Shown here in pieces: positions 26,313 to 38,894 of a DNA stretch of 64,000 bases; the first letter of the stretch is position 1, and each line of letters starts with the position of its first letter. The position numbers and the translations under genes are program-made. The notes beneath the pieces are model-generated. The model saw only the letters and a list, made by a program, of their open reading frames with translations, ran no database searches and was not told the DNA's origin. Location of the stretch: the NCBI RefSeq assembly GCF_018977255.1, contig NW_024704742.1:69628001-69692000 (forward strand), read 5' to 3'. The stretch is from Callorhinchus milii (Eukaryota).

Positions 26313-26729
26313 AGTGGTACCGACTGAGCCATGCTGACACCTCACCAAGGGTCTTTTAACACCCACCCAAACAGGCAGATGACAGGAGCTTGGTTTATCT
26401 TGCGCATTCCTATAAGCAGTGTATGCATTGAGCTATGAACATAACAAATGGTCGACTGTTTACACCATTGAGTTTCCTGAATTATACCTCACCAGCTTGT
26501 TGATTACAATGTAAACAGGAACTGGGGTGCTGCCTCTGTGTTCACACACTTGTATTTGATTGTTGCTCAGTGACTAAATCCAGCCACACATTAGTAAATC
26601 AGCAATTACTATATTATTCATTGTTTAATTTGCTTAACAGAGATTAATCAACCTCAGACTGCCCCAGCTTATCCTTGCTCATTAAAACGTGCGTGCTCAA
26701 AGCTCTCTGTTTATAATGTCTTAAACGTT

Positions 26730-27110
26730 GGAGTCCTGTAGCGTGTTGGTTAGAGCACTCACCTCGCAATTGAGAGGACCCGGGTTGGATTCCCAGGCAG
26801 GGCAAAACCTTAGACCAGTTTTCTTACTCCAGACGCCTCTGTTTATCTAGCAGTAAGTAGGACCCTGGTTGTTAGTCAATTGACAGATCATTTCCTGGGG
26901 TAATAATCCCTTCAAAAACAAATAACTAATAATAATTGGGTCAATCCATGACTGTTTGTGGGACACCTCTGCGTGTAATTGGCGGCCATGTTTTGCCCAC
27001 ACAATATACAGTCAATTCACTTAATAGTATATTCTGTGAAATGCTTTGAGACGTTGCAGCGATGTGATAAGGTGCTATATCAAATGCAAGGATGATTATT
27101 ACTATTATTA
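26730..27110 (+). mobile_element. SINE family A, full length
   Basis: Head, body and tail all present. Confidence 0.9.
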
Positions 27111-27304
27111 AAGTCAGTCGCTGTAATTGTTGGTAAGTGTAGTGACTGTGGTACTTGCAAAGCAGTAAAGCTCTGTGAAGGACTTGGCTCAGTTCATAGA
27201 TCTCTAGTCTCTAGACCAGAAGAGAAATGAACAACAACACAACTTGTATTTACATAATATTGGCAATTATCCTAAATAATCCTTGAGTAATATGCAGTAA
27301 CATG

Positions 27305-27675
27305 TCATAAGAACATAAGCGCATAAGAACATAAGAAATACTAGATGAAAAAAGACCAAGGTCCATCTAGTTCACCTCCCACCTTCCTGATTGTCACATG
27401 CACATATGTCCCGAACTACCTATGTACAATATCCGATAATATTATTAAGAGAAAACTATCTAATCTGTGTTTGAAAGAATAAACACTTCCTGCGTCAACT
27501 GTCTCCCTAGGGAGCCTGCTCCACAGATTCACTATTCACTCACTGAAATAGTGTTTGTGTAGATTTGTTCTGAATTTACCCCCCTTCAATCGCAGGCCGT
27601 GTCCTCTGGTTTTACTATTCTGGACAAGATGAAATAACCTGTCATGATCTATATTGTCTAGCCTTTTATAATCTC
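27305..27675 (-). mobile_element. CR1 LINE 3' fragment
   Basis: (ataagaac)n tail and CR1-like 3' coding remnant (accagaggacac). Confidence 0.7.
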
Positions 27676-27946
27676 AAACGACATGCGGCAGCCAATTTGC
27701 GCACAGCAATTGGCTCGAAAATGAGAGTGTCATCAACTGAGTCAACTTGTGAACTCAGTTGAATTCACATTCCTCAACAACTGTCCAGGGCAATGTTCTG
27801 GGGTCCCATCCTTCAAATGAGGCTTTAAAAGCAAGGCTTATGTCTGTTCAGCTGTACTTAAGTAGATCCCAGGGTGCTATTAGAAAAGAGAATGGAGTTT
27901 GACCTGGTATACTATGAAGAAAATTGTAGTTGTTTAGCACATTGGT

Positions 27947-28760
27947 GGAGTCCTGTAGCTCAGTAGTTAGATCACTGGTCTCACAAGCGAGAGGACCTGG
28001 GTTCGAGGCTTGACTGTGCAAACTCATTGCTTGTTATCCTCCCCAAATCCTCCCTCCATAGGCTGCAGATAATCCAGAATTCTGCAGCCCATGACCTTTC
28101 CTGCACCAGGCTCCGTGACCCTATCATCCCCATCATCGCCTGACTCCACTGGCTTCCCATCACACAGAGGATACAGTTCAAGATCCTGGTCCTCACCTTC
28201 AAAGCCCTCCATGACCTTGCTCCCCTCTACCTTTGCGACCTCCTAAACCCCTACCATCCTGCTCACTCCCTCCACTCAGCAGGCTCCGGCCTGCTTCACG
28301 TCCACCATCTTGTTCGCCCCACTATTGGCAGGTGGGCCTTCTGCCACTGTGCCCCCACCCTCTGGAACTCCATCCCGCAGTCCCTTCGCCTCACCCCTTC
28401 CCTTGCCACCAAGACCCCGACCTCCAGCTCGGGTCCATAACTGTGTCTGTCCAGCGCCTTGGACGTCCTCCCAACGTGAAAGGCGCTATACAAATGCAAC
28501 TTTGTTGTTGTTCGATTCCTGGGCAGGGCAAAACTTTAGGCAAGTTTCATTACTCCGCACATCTCTGTTTACCTAGCAGGAAGTAAGAACCCAGTTGTTA
28601 GTCAATTGGCAGATTACTTTGCGGGGATAATAATCCCTTCAAAAAAAAAATAATGTGGTCACTCAATCCACGACTGTTTGTGGGACACTGCTGTGCATAA
28701 TTCGCTGCTGCGTTTTGCCCACAAAATATACAGTCAATTCACTTTACAATATATCCTTTT
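27947..28760 (+). mobile_element. SINE family A split by an L2 fragment
   Basis: Head 27947-28006; remainder resumes at 28510. Confidence 0.85.
28007..28509 (+). mobile_element. L2 3' fragment inserted into a SINE B-box
   Basis: L2 C-terminal sequence and tail flanked by GTTCGA on both sides. Confidence 0.85.
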
Positions 28761-29792
28761 GAGGGAGCCCGGATCAGCCAGGGCTTTTGGCCGACAATTC
28801 CCCAGATAAAAATTCGTCACTCATTTCTTGACAGTTTTCTGGGATGTCACTGTGCACAAATTGGCTGCCCCAATTGCCTGCAAAATACACAGTCGTTCCA
28901 CATTACAGTAAATTGCTCTGAGATGTACTTCATCAAATGCAAGGCTTATTATTGTCAATAAGCTTGGTGCTGGGTTCCTGAGTGTGTAGAAATTTACAGC
29001 ATAGAAGAAAGCCATTCAGCCCATCGTGTCTGTGCTGGCTCTGATAAAGAGCTTTTTCCTGCCCTTTCACTATAACCCATTAGTTTACTCCTTTTTAGAT
29101 CTTTTCAAGTCCCTTTAGAAACCTGGATTCTGCCTCAACCATTGCTCCCAGCAGGGCACTCCATATTCTAACCACTCCATGTGTGATATAAATTCAGCCC
29201 ATTTGCTCATTTGCTAACTATCTTAAAATGCCCGTGAGTCACTGACTGACCCACCAAGTCATTGACGCACCAACTAAATCACTGACCATTCGTGGCTGTT
29301 TGTGGGACATTGGAAATTGGTTGCTGTGTTAACTTATGCAATACTCAACAATTCTCCTAAGCTCCCCATTTGCTCATTTGCTTAAATAGATGCCCTCTAT
29401 AACAATAATAATCGTTATATTTGATACAGGGTCTTATCAGATTGTTGAGACGTTTCAAAGGACTTCACAGGACACACTGTAGAGTGGATGACTGTGTATT
29501 TCTATCAATGGCACCAAAAATATCTGATTTTATTTATAATTGAACTGTTACTTTATAATCAATGAGACACCGTCCGGCGTGGAGGGCCGCAATATAAATC
29601 CAAGTTTTTGTTGTTGTTTTAATCAATGCATTTATATTGCCAAGTAGGGAGGCAATAAAATGCAACTTTACTAATTGCTAGTCCCTGTAAGCTCAATTTT
29701 AATACTATGCTATTCAGTATTTAACAAAAATAACAATCCTTACGTTTGGTAAAGCATCTTTCACCTTGGGAAGATGTTTCAAAGCTCTTCAC

Positions 29793-30180
29793 AGCCTGAC
29801 TCAGTGGTAGCACTATTATCTTTGAATCATAAGGTTGTGGGTTCACACCCCCATAGTTTAAGGTGACACTCCACTGCAGAGGTGCCGTCCTTCGGAAGAG
29901 AGATAAAACCATCTGCCTGTTCAAGTGGACAATAAAGATCTCATAGCACTATTCGAAAAGAGAAGGAATTTTCTCCCTCCCGGTGTTCTGGCCAATAATC
30001 CCCCAAATAAAATTAATCACTCACTCCATAGTTGTTTGTGGGACACTGCTATGAGCAACTGGCTGCTGCGTTTTGCCCATAATACACAGTCAATGCACTT
30101 TACAGTATATCCTGTGAAGTACTTTGAGACATCTGGACGATGTGATAAGGCACTATATCAAAAGCAAGGATTATATTATT
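29793..30180 (+). mobile_element. SINE family B (DeuSINE / SacSINE1-like)
   Basis: Head ctcagtggtagcact...aaggttgtgggttca; Deu-like body ggtgccgtccttcgga...ctgcctgttca.gtgga....aaagatc; same 3' half as family A. Confidence 0.8.
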
Positions 30181-30941
30181 ATATACTGTAAAGTGCAGTG
30201 ACTGTGTATTTGGTAGGCAATTTGCACACAGCTATGCCCCACAAACAGCCCTGAAGTGAACGACCAATTTTATCTGATGGATTGTTGGTAAGGTCACAGG
30301 GACTCAAACTTCCTTCTCTCTGTGAATATCACTTTAACGTTCACCTGGAAATTCACTTATTATTCATTTATCAAATTTACTGAAAATCTCAATCTCAAAA
30401 GACCCTCTGTGAGCCGGGGACTTGCGGAGAATTCAGATTGTGGGATTTAGTGGCCCCAAAAAACTCAAAAATCCAATAAAATGTCTTAAAGCAAAATAAC
30501 TATTGGCAGACGTGATTTTGGGTGGGGCGGGGTTGGACTTATATCTGCAATTTCAGGCTTCAATGAATGATGTACATTCTTTTTTAAAGAACATTTTGAT
30601 CCCATTATTTTTCCAATTTCACATCTTAAACATGCGAGGCCTTACAAGTAAGCTTGTGGTAAGGCCACTCAACTGAGAAGAGTGTCACAACCCAGAACCT
30701 GACCTCTTCCCACCTAGCTGCCCTGTACACATTCACGTGTGCTATTACTGGAGGGTGCTGTAGAGGGACCAGCAACAGGAATCCTATCTGATTATTCCCT
30801 CCCTAATCTTGGGAAAGCCAGGAACAATTTACCTCCACCTTTGATGACCAAGAATCAAATCAAGGAGCTTCTGGTCTATCTGTAGCTCTATCCATTCCCC
30901 CCCCCACCGCCCCACCCCAATAACTGAAGACTGTGAGCAAA

Positions 30942-31323
30942 ATAATAATAATAATAAAAATAATCCTTGTATTTGATATAGCACATTATCACGTCTTCAA
31001 AACGTATTAAAATGTATTGTAAAGTGAGTCCATTGTATATTTTGTGGGCAAACCGCAGCAGCCGATTGTGCACAACAGTATCCCGTAAATAGTCGTGGAT
31101 TGAGTGACCAAATTCTTATTATTTTTATGTATTTTTTGAAGGCATTATAACCCCCAGGAAAGCGATCAGCCATTTGACTAATAACCGGGTTCCTACTTAC
31201 TGCTAGGTAAACAGAGACGTGTGGAGTAAGGAAACTTGCCTAAGGTTTCGCTCTGCTCAGGAATCAAACCCGGTTCCTCTCGTTTGCGAGGCGAGTGCTC
31301 TAACCTCTACACTACAGGACTCC
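30942..31323 (-). mobile_element. SINE family A
   Basis: Full reverse-complement copy. Confidence 0.88.
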
Positions 31324-33734
31324 CCAAGATATAGAGTGAGCGTTGCTCGGAGTATATCGGGATTGTATGTTTATACCATCAGCACAAGAGGGAGGTGAAG
31401 CCGGTTGTCCCCCCCACACCAGTGCAGTGATCTGCTCTAATTCTACCTCCTCTGGCATTAGTTCCATGTGATGTGAAAGTGCAGCATCAGGAGCCGGTGG
31501 CTGAGACCAAACTGGAGATGGTTTCTGGGTCGACTTGTCCTTGTTTCCATTTCCAGTTGTGTCTGACAGGACATCTCTGAAGTGCCTGTGCTGACTTTGC
31601 TATTCAATGCTTTCAGCAACTTTCTCTCTCTCCAACAATCACAGTCTGAGCTTGAGGTCATTGCTGGTGACATTGTTAGTGTTTGTCTCTGGCTGCGTCA
31701 CTGGTGGGAGCAGTTGCAGTGTGTTGTACAGAGCTGGAGCCTGTCCTCTTAAGGTTGGCAAAGCCATATGTTAATGGGCTGTGTTGACAAGATCTCTAGG
31801 TTATGGGCTGGAACCAGCTCTAATACATCTGTAATATCAGATGATTAGGTGGTAGTTGGCTTGTCCTATAATATATGTTTATATTGTATTATATGGAGCA
31901 AAGGCGGGTAATTGGAGTTGAGGTACAGATCAGCCATGATCCGATCGAATGGCAGAACAGGCTTGCGGGGCTAAATGGCTTGCTCCTCTTCCTATTTTCT
32001 TATGTTCTCGATTGACAGTAGGAGTGTGAGTCAAAAACATTGGAGCTGCAGTTCTCCAGTTGGCTGTTTGTGTGATGTTGGTGTGTGCAACTTGGCTGCT
32101 GTATTTGTTTACAAATACAGTCACTACATTAAAGTACAGAGAAGAGAGTTTCTCTGTCCGGTGTCCTGGCCAACAAACTCCCCAAATAAAATTGGTCACT
32201 CATTCCATGACTGTTTGTTGGACATGTTGATTTAAAGAAAAGCATTTCGCCAACAAGAAGGTTGTGGGTTCAAGCCCCACATTGGAACTTGGAATCACGT
32301 CGTCTAACTTCCTGAAATTGCCCTTCATAATTCTAAAGCTGTGTCCTCTTGTTCTATGATATTGGTGCATCTGAAAGCATTGTTCTGGTTTCAAATGTAA
32401 TTATTATTAATTATCCTGAACCCACAACTTTCTGATTCAAAGGCAAGCGTGTTACTACTGAGACAGGATAACATTATCTTCCAGACTAGGAGGTTGCTTT
32501 ATCTACAAGAAGAGTGTGCATGTTCATGGGGGCAGTGATTCTTCTCACTCAGCTTCTATTAACCCTGCAAGCCAAAGTTCTAACAGGTAGGGTAGTCCTA
32601 GCTGGACAAGCAGCCAGACAGTGTTATCAGTGGCAAGTTATGTGCTGTTAGCTGGTTAGACCCCAGCAGTTACCCCAACACACACACTGCCAAATCTGTG
32701 ACTATTTTGTTTGGGAAAGTCAGGTGTCTGACACAAGCTAAACCCATCACGTGTTTAAGAGTATTCAAACCAGACTGAGAGTTTCATGCACCTCACCTTC
32801 ACATGTATTTTAAAGAGATGTTTATTGGAATGCAATGCACACTCTTCCCCTGGAGAGACGCATCCTGTTTATCTAATTCCAGTGATTGTTAGGCACAGGT
32901 TGGCAAAAGCCAAGGCTTGAGGACCCCAGAGTGTGTATTGAGGTAACTGTTGGGAGTCTAAACCACCCAAAACATAGCTTGCCATTAATTGCACTGCCTG
33001 GCAAGCTTTTCTGCTGCTTTTTCAGCTAGGATCACCCTACCCGTTACGGTTTTGGCTTGGAACAAGAACAACTTGCATTTATATAGCACCCTTCATGCGA
33101 CATTGCAGGGTTAACAAGAGTTCCTGCCCCTGATCTACTTTGAAATTAGGTAAGTAGGTTGTGTCCCTCCGGGGAGAGAGTGCACATTCCATTCCTGACA
33201 CAGGGAAATTTCCATGAGTAGGTGGGATGCATGGGACTCTCAGTCTGGTTTGAATACTCTTAAGCACAGTGATGGTTTTCCAAATGTGTCACACAGCCGG
33301 CTGCGTTCATCAGACGTGGGTCTCAAATATCTTCAAGGAAATCAATACCCTGTCAGCATCAAATATTTGTTTGGAGCTTGCCAGAGACGAGTTAATCAGC
33401 GCCTTGGGACGCCCTCCCGACGTAAAAGACGCTATACAAATGTAATTTTGTTGTTGTTGTTGTAATGAAGGAAGACTCGAAATTTAGCCCTTTTACCACT
33501 CGCTCTGAGAAGGTTACAGTGTGACTTAGTTAGAGATATAAAGGGTTACAACAGGGTGATTAGTGACAGTGTCTACTAGTTTGCGAGTCAGTAACAAGAG
33601 AGGCCTAAACTGTAAGGTAATCGCAAACGAAACAAAAGGGGAGATTAGAAAAAAAATGTCTTTTACACAGAGGCTGGTTGGAATGTGGAATTCTCTACCA
33701 CAAAGTGTTATTTGACAATTGTTGAGATAATTAT

Positions 33735-34460
33735 TTGCCTGCTTCATCCTCCCCCCATTGGCGGTCAGGCTTTCAACCTGTCTGTCCCCACTCTTTGGAA
33801 CTCTATCCTGAGCCCCTCCACATCTGCCCCCCCCAATCTCTGAAACTCCATCCTAGACTCTCTCCAACTCGCTCTCCTTCACTTCTTTCAAGGCCATCTC
33901 AAGACCTTCATCTTTGACCTTCTGCTTTCTGTCAGCTTTCCCCTCCCTACCCTCCTCGAGTCTGTTAAGCACTTCAGGATGTCCCCTTGACGTAATAGGC
34001 ACTGTGTAAATTTATATTATGTTATATATTGAGGCAAAGTCAATAGATTCCAAGCTATGTGTGTAGTGCCTTTCACATTTGGAGGACATCCTAAGGTGCT
34101 GAACAGTCAAGAATGTGCAGCCGAGCTGGGAGTTGGGATCAGGAGGGGTGGAGGGCAGGAAAGGTGGGGCTAAGAGGGTGACTGAAGGCATGGTTTGGAA
34201 GGTCTGAAGATTGGCCTTGGAGGCAAGGGAGGGAGCAAGCGAAGGGACTCTGGGATGCAGTTCCAAACGGTGTGGGCAGAGAGGCTGAAGCGTTGAGGCC
34301 AGAATCTGCCAACTGGAGGGAGGTATGGGATTAGAAGGTCACAGAGGCAAGGCTTTGAAGGCGAGGACCAAGATTTTGAACTCTATCCTCTGGGGGATGG
34401 GGAGCAAATGGAGCCGGGTGAGGATGGTGTGATGGGTTAATGGAGCCTGGTGTGGATGAC
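33735..34460. mobile_element. two L2 3' fragments tail-to-tail (+ 33735-34010, - 34060-34460)
   Basis: GG.AF/LWNS-type sequence on +; HLLPIPQRIEFKILV on minus. Confidence 0.75.
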
Positions 34461-35861
34461 TTAGACAGATACGTGTTAAGCAGTTAACAGGCTTAGTTGA
34501 GCCCAATTCAAGAGGGAAACATTTGGAACGAACACCCCCTACCATCTCCACCTTACACAACAATAAAGTAAACAGTGTTGTTGAATTCAGTTTTATTTCT
34601 TTGGACCTGTACTGTCCAGACAGGGAGGAGGCTGCTGTGTGCAAGGTTTTATGCTGCAGGGAGGGAACCTTAGTTGTGTCCCTTCTGATCACGTTCCACT
34701 GAACTGAATTCACTCCGCCATGAGTGGTGAAAGGTCCCTGACTGTGTGGAGCGGGTTAGCATACAAACCGATAGAGACAGGCAGCCAGCAAGCCTTAAAG
34801 CCTCATCACGCCTTTTGAGAATAGGAGGAAAGCTGGGGGTGGGGGGAGGAGGGGAGAGGAGGGAAGAAATGGGACATGAATCTATTTATAATGACCTATA
34901 TATAGCAAAACACGATTCAAGAGAGAAATAACTTGGGCATTTATTGGGTTTTTTTTACATCAAAGTGTCTGCGAGTGCTAATAGCTAATTTACCATCACT
35001 TTCAGGGTGATGTTTAGTGATTATAATAGCGTTTTACATGGCCCCTCAAATCATTTGTATTTTTCTAGGCAAATGTGGCAGTCAATTGGAATGCAGCAAG
35101 ACCCCACAAACAGCCATTAAACTAATGAAGAGTTTTATTTTAGGGGGTGGGGGGAAGGGGGATTGTCAACCAGGACACCAGAAGGAACTCCCCTTTACTA
35201 ATCTTTGACCACCCGAATAGACAGAATAGACCACAACAATAAATTGTATTTATATAGCGCCTTTCACATTGGGAGGACATCCCAAGGCACTGGACAGTCG
35301 AGGTTTTAGATGGGACGTTGAACCAAGGTCCTGTCTGTCTGTCTGTCTCTCTGTCTGTTTGAGCGATGTTCAGGTGGATGTTAAAGATCCCGCAGGCACT
35401 ATTGGAAAAGAGAAGAGAGTTTCACTCTCCCGGTGTCCTGGCCAACAACCCCCCAGATAAAATCAGTCATTCACTTCATGGCCATTCATGGAGCAATGCT
35501 GTGCACAAATTGCCTGCTAGATTCACCCACAAAACACATTCCACTTTGCAGTAAAAATCACGTGAAGCATCAAAACACAAGGATTATTGTTATGCACGTG
35601 TGGTGCTCTCAGTCTAGTTTGGACACAGAAAGTGGCCATGGGTTGGACATGGCTGACTCCCAAAAAAATCATTTGAAAAATTTTAAATTTTGGTGCTATC
35701 AGCTCACAATGTAAGTTTTTTTCTTCCAAATATTTCCGCCACTCTACCCCCACAAACAGCCATGGATTGAGTGACCAAATTATTATTATCTTAAGAACAT
35801 AAGAACATAACAATTGTTACATGAAAAAAGACCGGGATCCATCCAGTTCACCTTCCACCAC

Positions 35862-36090
35862 AGAATCATAGAATTATACAGCACAGAAGGAGGCCATTCG
35901 GCCCATTGTGTCTGTGCCGGTTATTTGAAAAGAGCTATCCAATTCAACGCCACTCCCCCGCTCTCTCCCCATAGCCCTGAAACTAGTCATCCCCAAATAA
36001 TTATCTACTTCTCTCTTAAAAGCTGTTATAGAATCGGCTTCCACCACCCTTTCAGGCAATGCATTCCAGATCCGAACAACTCGCTGTGTG
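35862..36090 (-). mobile_element. CR1 3' fragment nested in another CR1 (35792-36292)
   Basis: PERVVEADSITAFKREVDNYL on minus; ggccgaatggcctccttctgtgc 3'UTR; ttctatga tail. Confidence 0.85.
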
Positions 36091-36318
36091 AACCATCCTG
36101 GCAGTTACTTGACATATCACTTGACACCAAACTATATACTGTATCCCGAGATATTATTTTCTAACAAAAATCCATCTAATTTATTCTTGAAAAAATCAAC
36201 ACTTTTGGCTTCCACCGTCTCCCTAGGAAGCCTGCTCAATATGTCTGCTACTCGCTCACTAAAGTATTGTTTCTGCATATTTTTGAATTTTATTTATTGA
36301 TTGTTTTTTTTTGCCCAG

Positions 36319-36597
36319 ATGGATTGTTGACTGTGGAGACTTCCTTCAACGACTGCCTACAGGCAAGCGAGACTTGCGTCAGTGACCCCAAGTGCAGCCC
36401 CATGTACCGCACCTTCCGCCAGTGCATGGCCGGCAGCAACGCTGCCCCTCTCGGGCCAGGAGCCAAGAACCAGTGCCTCAACGCCTTGGTCTCCCTCCTC
36501 TCCGGCCCACTCCGCAACTGCAGGTGCAAGAGAGGCATGAAGAAGGAGAAAAACTGCCTGGGCATCTACTGGAGTCTGCACCAAAGCCTTATCCAAG
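36319..36597 (+). CDS. gfra4: GFRA4 exon 2, domain D1
   Basis: Poly-T tract + cccag acceptor; encodes DCLQASETCVSDPKCSPMYRTFRQC...LGPGAKNQC...CRCKRGMKKEKNCLGIYWSLH; donor AG|gtcagt; 279 nt, phase 1-1. Confidence 0.95.
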
Positions 36598-36708
36598 GTC
36601 AGTGCTCAAACCGATTCACTTCACTAAACTAATATATAATAATCCTTCCATTTGATTGAGATGCCTCCTGAAGTTGCTGCAACAATAGTAAGGATTATTT
36701 CTGCACAT

Positions 36709-37003
36709 GAGACGTCTCAAAGGGCTTCACAAAATATACTGTAAAGTGAATTGACCTCATATTTTGTAGATGAAACACAGCAGCCAATTTGCATACAGCA
36801 GTGTCCCACAAACAGTCGTGGTTTAAGTGAACACTTTTTTNAAGGGATTATTAACCCGCCAATCGATTAACAACTGGGTTCCTACTTAGGTAAACAGGCA
36901 TGTGGAGTAAGGAAACGTGACTAAGGTTTCGTCCTGCCCGGGAATCAAACCTGGGCCCCTTGCTTGCAAGGAGAGTGCTCGAACCAATACACAACAGGAC
37001 TCC
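36709..37003 (-). mobile_element. SINE family A
   Basis: Reverse-complement copy just after exon 2. Confidence 0.85.
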
Positions 37004-38576
37004 AGGACTATTCACTTCTCTAACCTAATATATCTCCGATATACAACAAAATCTTTGCCCTCACCTCTGAAGACCTTTCCTCTTCAATCGGACTGATTAT
37101 CACCTCCCCCCTCTCCCCGGCTCGCTATATAATGATAATAATATAATAACCATAATCCTGAACTCTCGAAACATCTCTTAAACACTTCATAGAAATTACC
37201 GTCACATGCAAGCATAACATTCAAAATCTGTACATTTGATACAACCCTTTTCGTATCAGGAGGCGTCTCAAAGCGCTTCACAGGATTTACTGTAAAGTGT
37301 AGTGGCTGTGTGTATGTACGGTTAGGCGGCAGCCGACTTGCGCTCAGCAATCTGTGTCAGTTGTTGTTGTTGACGGCGTTTGGGTTAGAAGGATTAAGAT
37401 AACAAAAGCTGCTCTATATAAACTCGCAGTCTTGCTGGTGAAGCTAAGCACCTTGTTCTCTCCCTCGGGCCGTGGCTGATGGATTGGCCGGCACCGGGAG
37501 AATCTGCTGCAGTCAGATACCGGCAGCCCATTCATCATCCCCGACAGCCTGCATTTTGGCTGAACACTAGCTCAGCAGCTCGCTGCTGCGTTAACCCTGC
37601 TCGACTACCTTCTCGTCCCCATCCCTGGCTGTACCACACAGTGTCTGTCCACAGTGCCTCCGGAGCCACAGTGCTGAGCGGCAGCGACCAAGAGCGCAGG
37701 GATGTGGGTCAGATTGATTGCTCACTGTATAGCTGAGGGTTGAGAAGCGTGTGGCTTGGAGTAGAAAAGGAAGCCAAAGTGGGAGGGAAGGGGGGTGTGG
37801 AATCGGGAGCGGAATGGGGGGAGTGGGTGAGGGGGAAGTGGAGGGAGGGAGAGTGAATATGAATATGGAATGAGAGCAACAACTTGTACTTGTTTAGCAT
37901 CTCAAAGAAATGTGGGGCTTTTTTCCTGGTTTATCCCAACAAAACACATAGTCATTACACATTAAGGTAAATCCTATGAAGTGCTTTGAAATGTAAGATT
38001 ATCATTATTCTGGATGAGATGTTAAACCGAGGTCCTGTCTCTCTGTTCAGGTGGATATTAAAGATTCAGTGCCACTATTCAAGAGAGAGTAGTTTCTCTC
38101 TTCCGGTGTCCTCATTTCATGACTGTTTGTGGGACATTGCTGTGTGCTACTGTGCTGCTGTGTTTGCCTACACATACACAGTTATTCCATTTCACAGTAA
38201 TTCCCATGAAGTGCTTTGAGACATGATAAGGCGATCTACTAAATGCAAGGATCATTTTGAGGATAACTTTCCATTTAACCTTATGTTCCGCTGAAACTCA
38301 AAATTCAGGACAATTGGGTGCTGCAAACTATGGACTTGATCTGTGTTAGCAGTTAGCATTGTAACACCATTTTCATGTGATGAATGTGAAATGGGAGCCT
38401 TCCTATTAAATTTGGTAGCTCATTTCCACGGTTGTTTGTGTGGGACATCGCTGTGTGCAAATTGGCTGCCGCATTCACCCACAATACACATAGAAAATCC
38501 TGTGAAGCACTTTGAGAGATCTCGATGAAGTGCTAAAGCGGTGTATCAAATGCAAGGATTATTATGATTAAAACAA

Positions 38577-38892
38577 GTCCTGTAGCATATTGGTTAGAGC
38601 ACTCACCTCGAAAGCGAGAGGACTCGTGCTTGATTCCCAGGTGGAGCAAAACCTTAGGCAAGTTTCCTTACTCCATACGCCTCTGTTTACCTAGCAGTAA
38701 GTAACTCGGTTGTTAGTCGATTGGCAGATCGCTTTCTGGGGTAATAATCCCTTCAAAAAAATGTTTGTGGGACACTGCTGTGTGCAATTGGCTGCCGCTT
38801 TTTGCCGACAAAATATGCAGTCAGTTCACTTTACAGTACATTCTGTGAAGTGCTTTGAGATGTCTTGACGATGCAATAAAGCACTATATCAC
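38577..38892 (+). mobile_element. SINE family A
   Basis: Colinear copy. Confidence 0.88.
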
Positions 38893-38894
38893 TA

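Noticed and set aside
32559..33114. piggyBac-like MITE (TTAA-CCCT ... AGGG-TTAA with long inverted arms)
   Set aside because: TTAACCCTG is internal to the longer repeat in other copies (22003, 54095, 61132), and the symmetry is explained by a nested reverse insertion.
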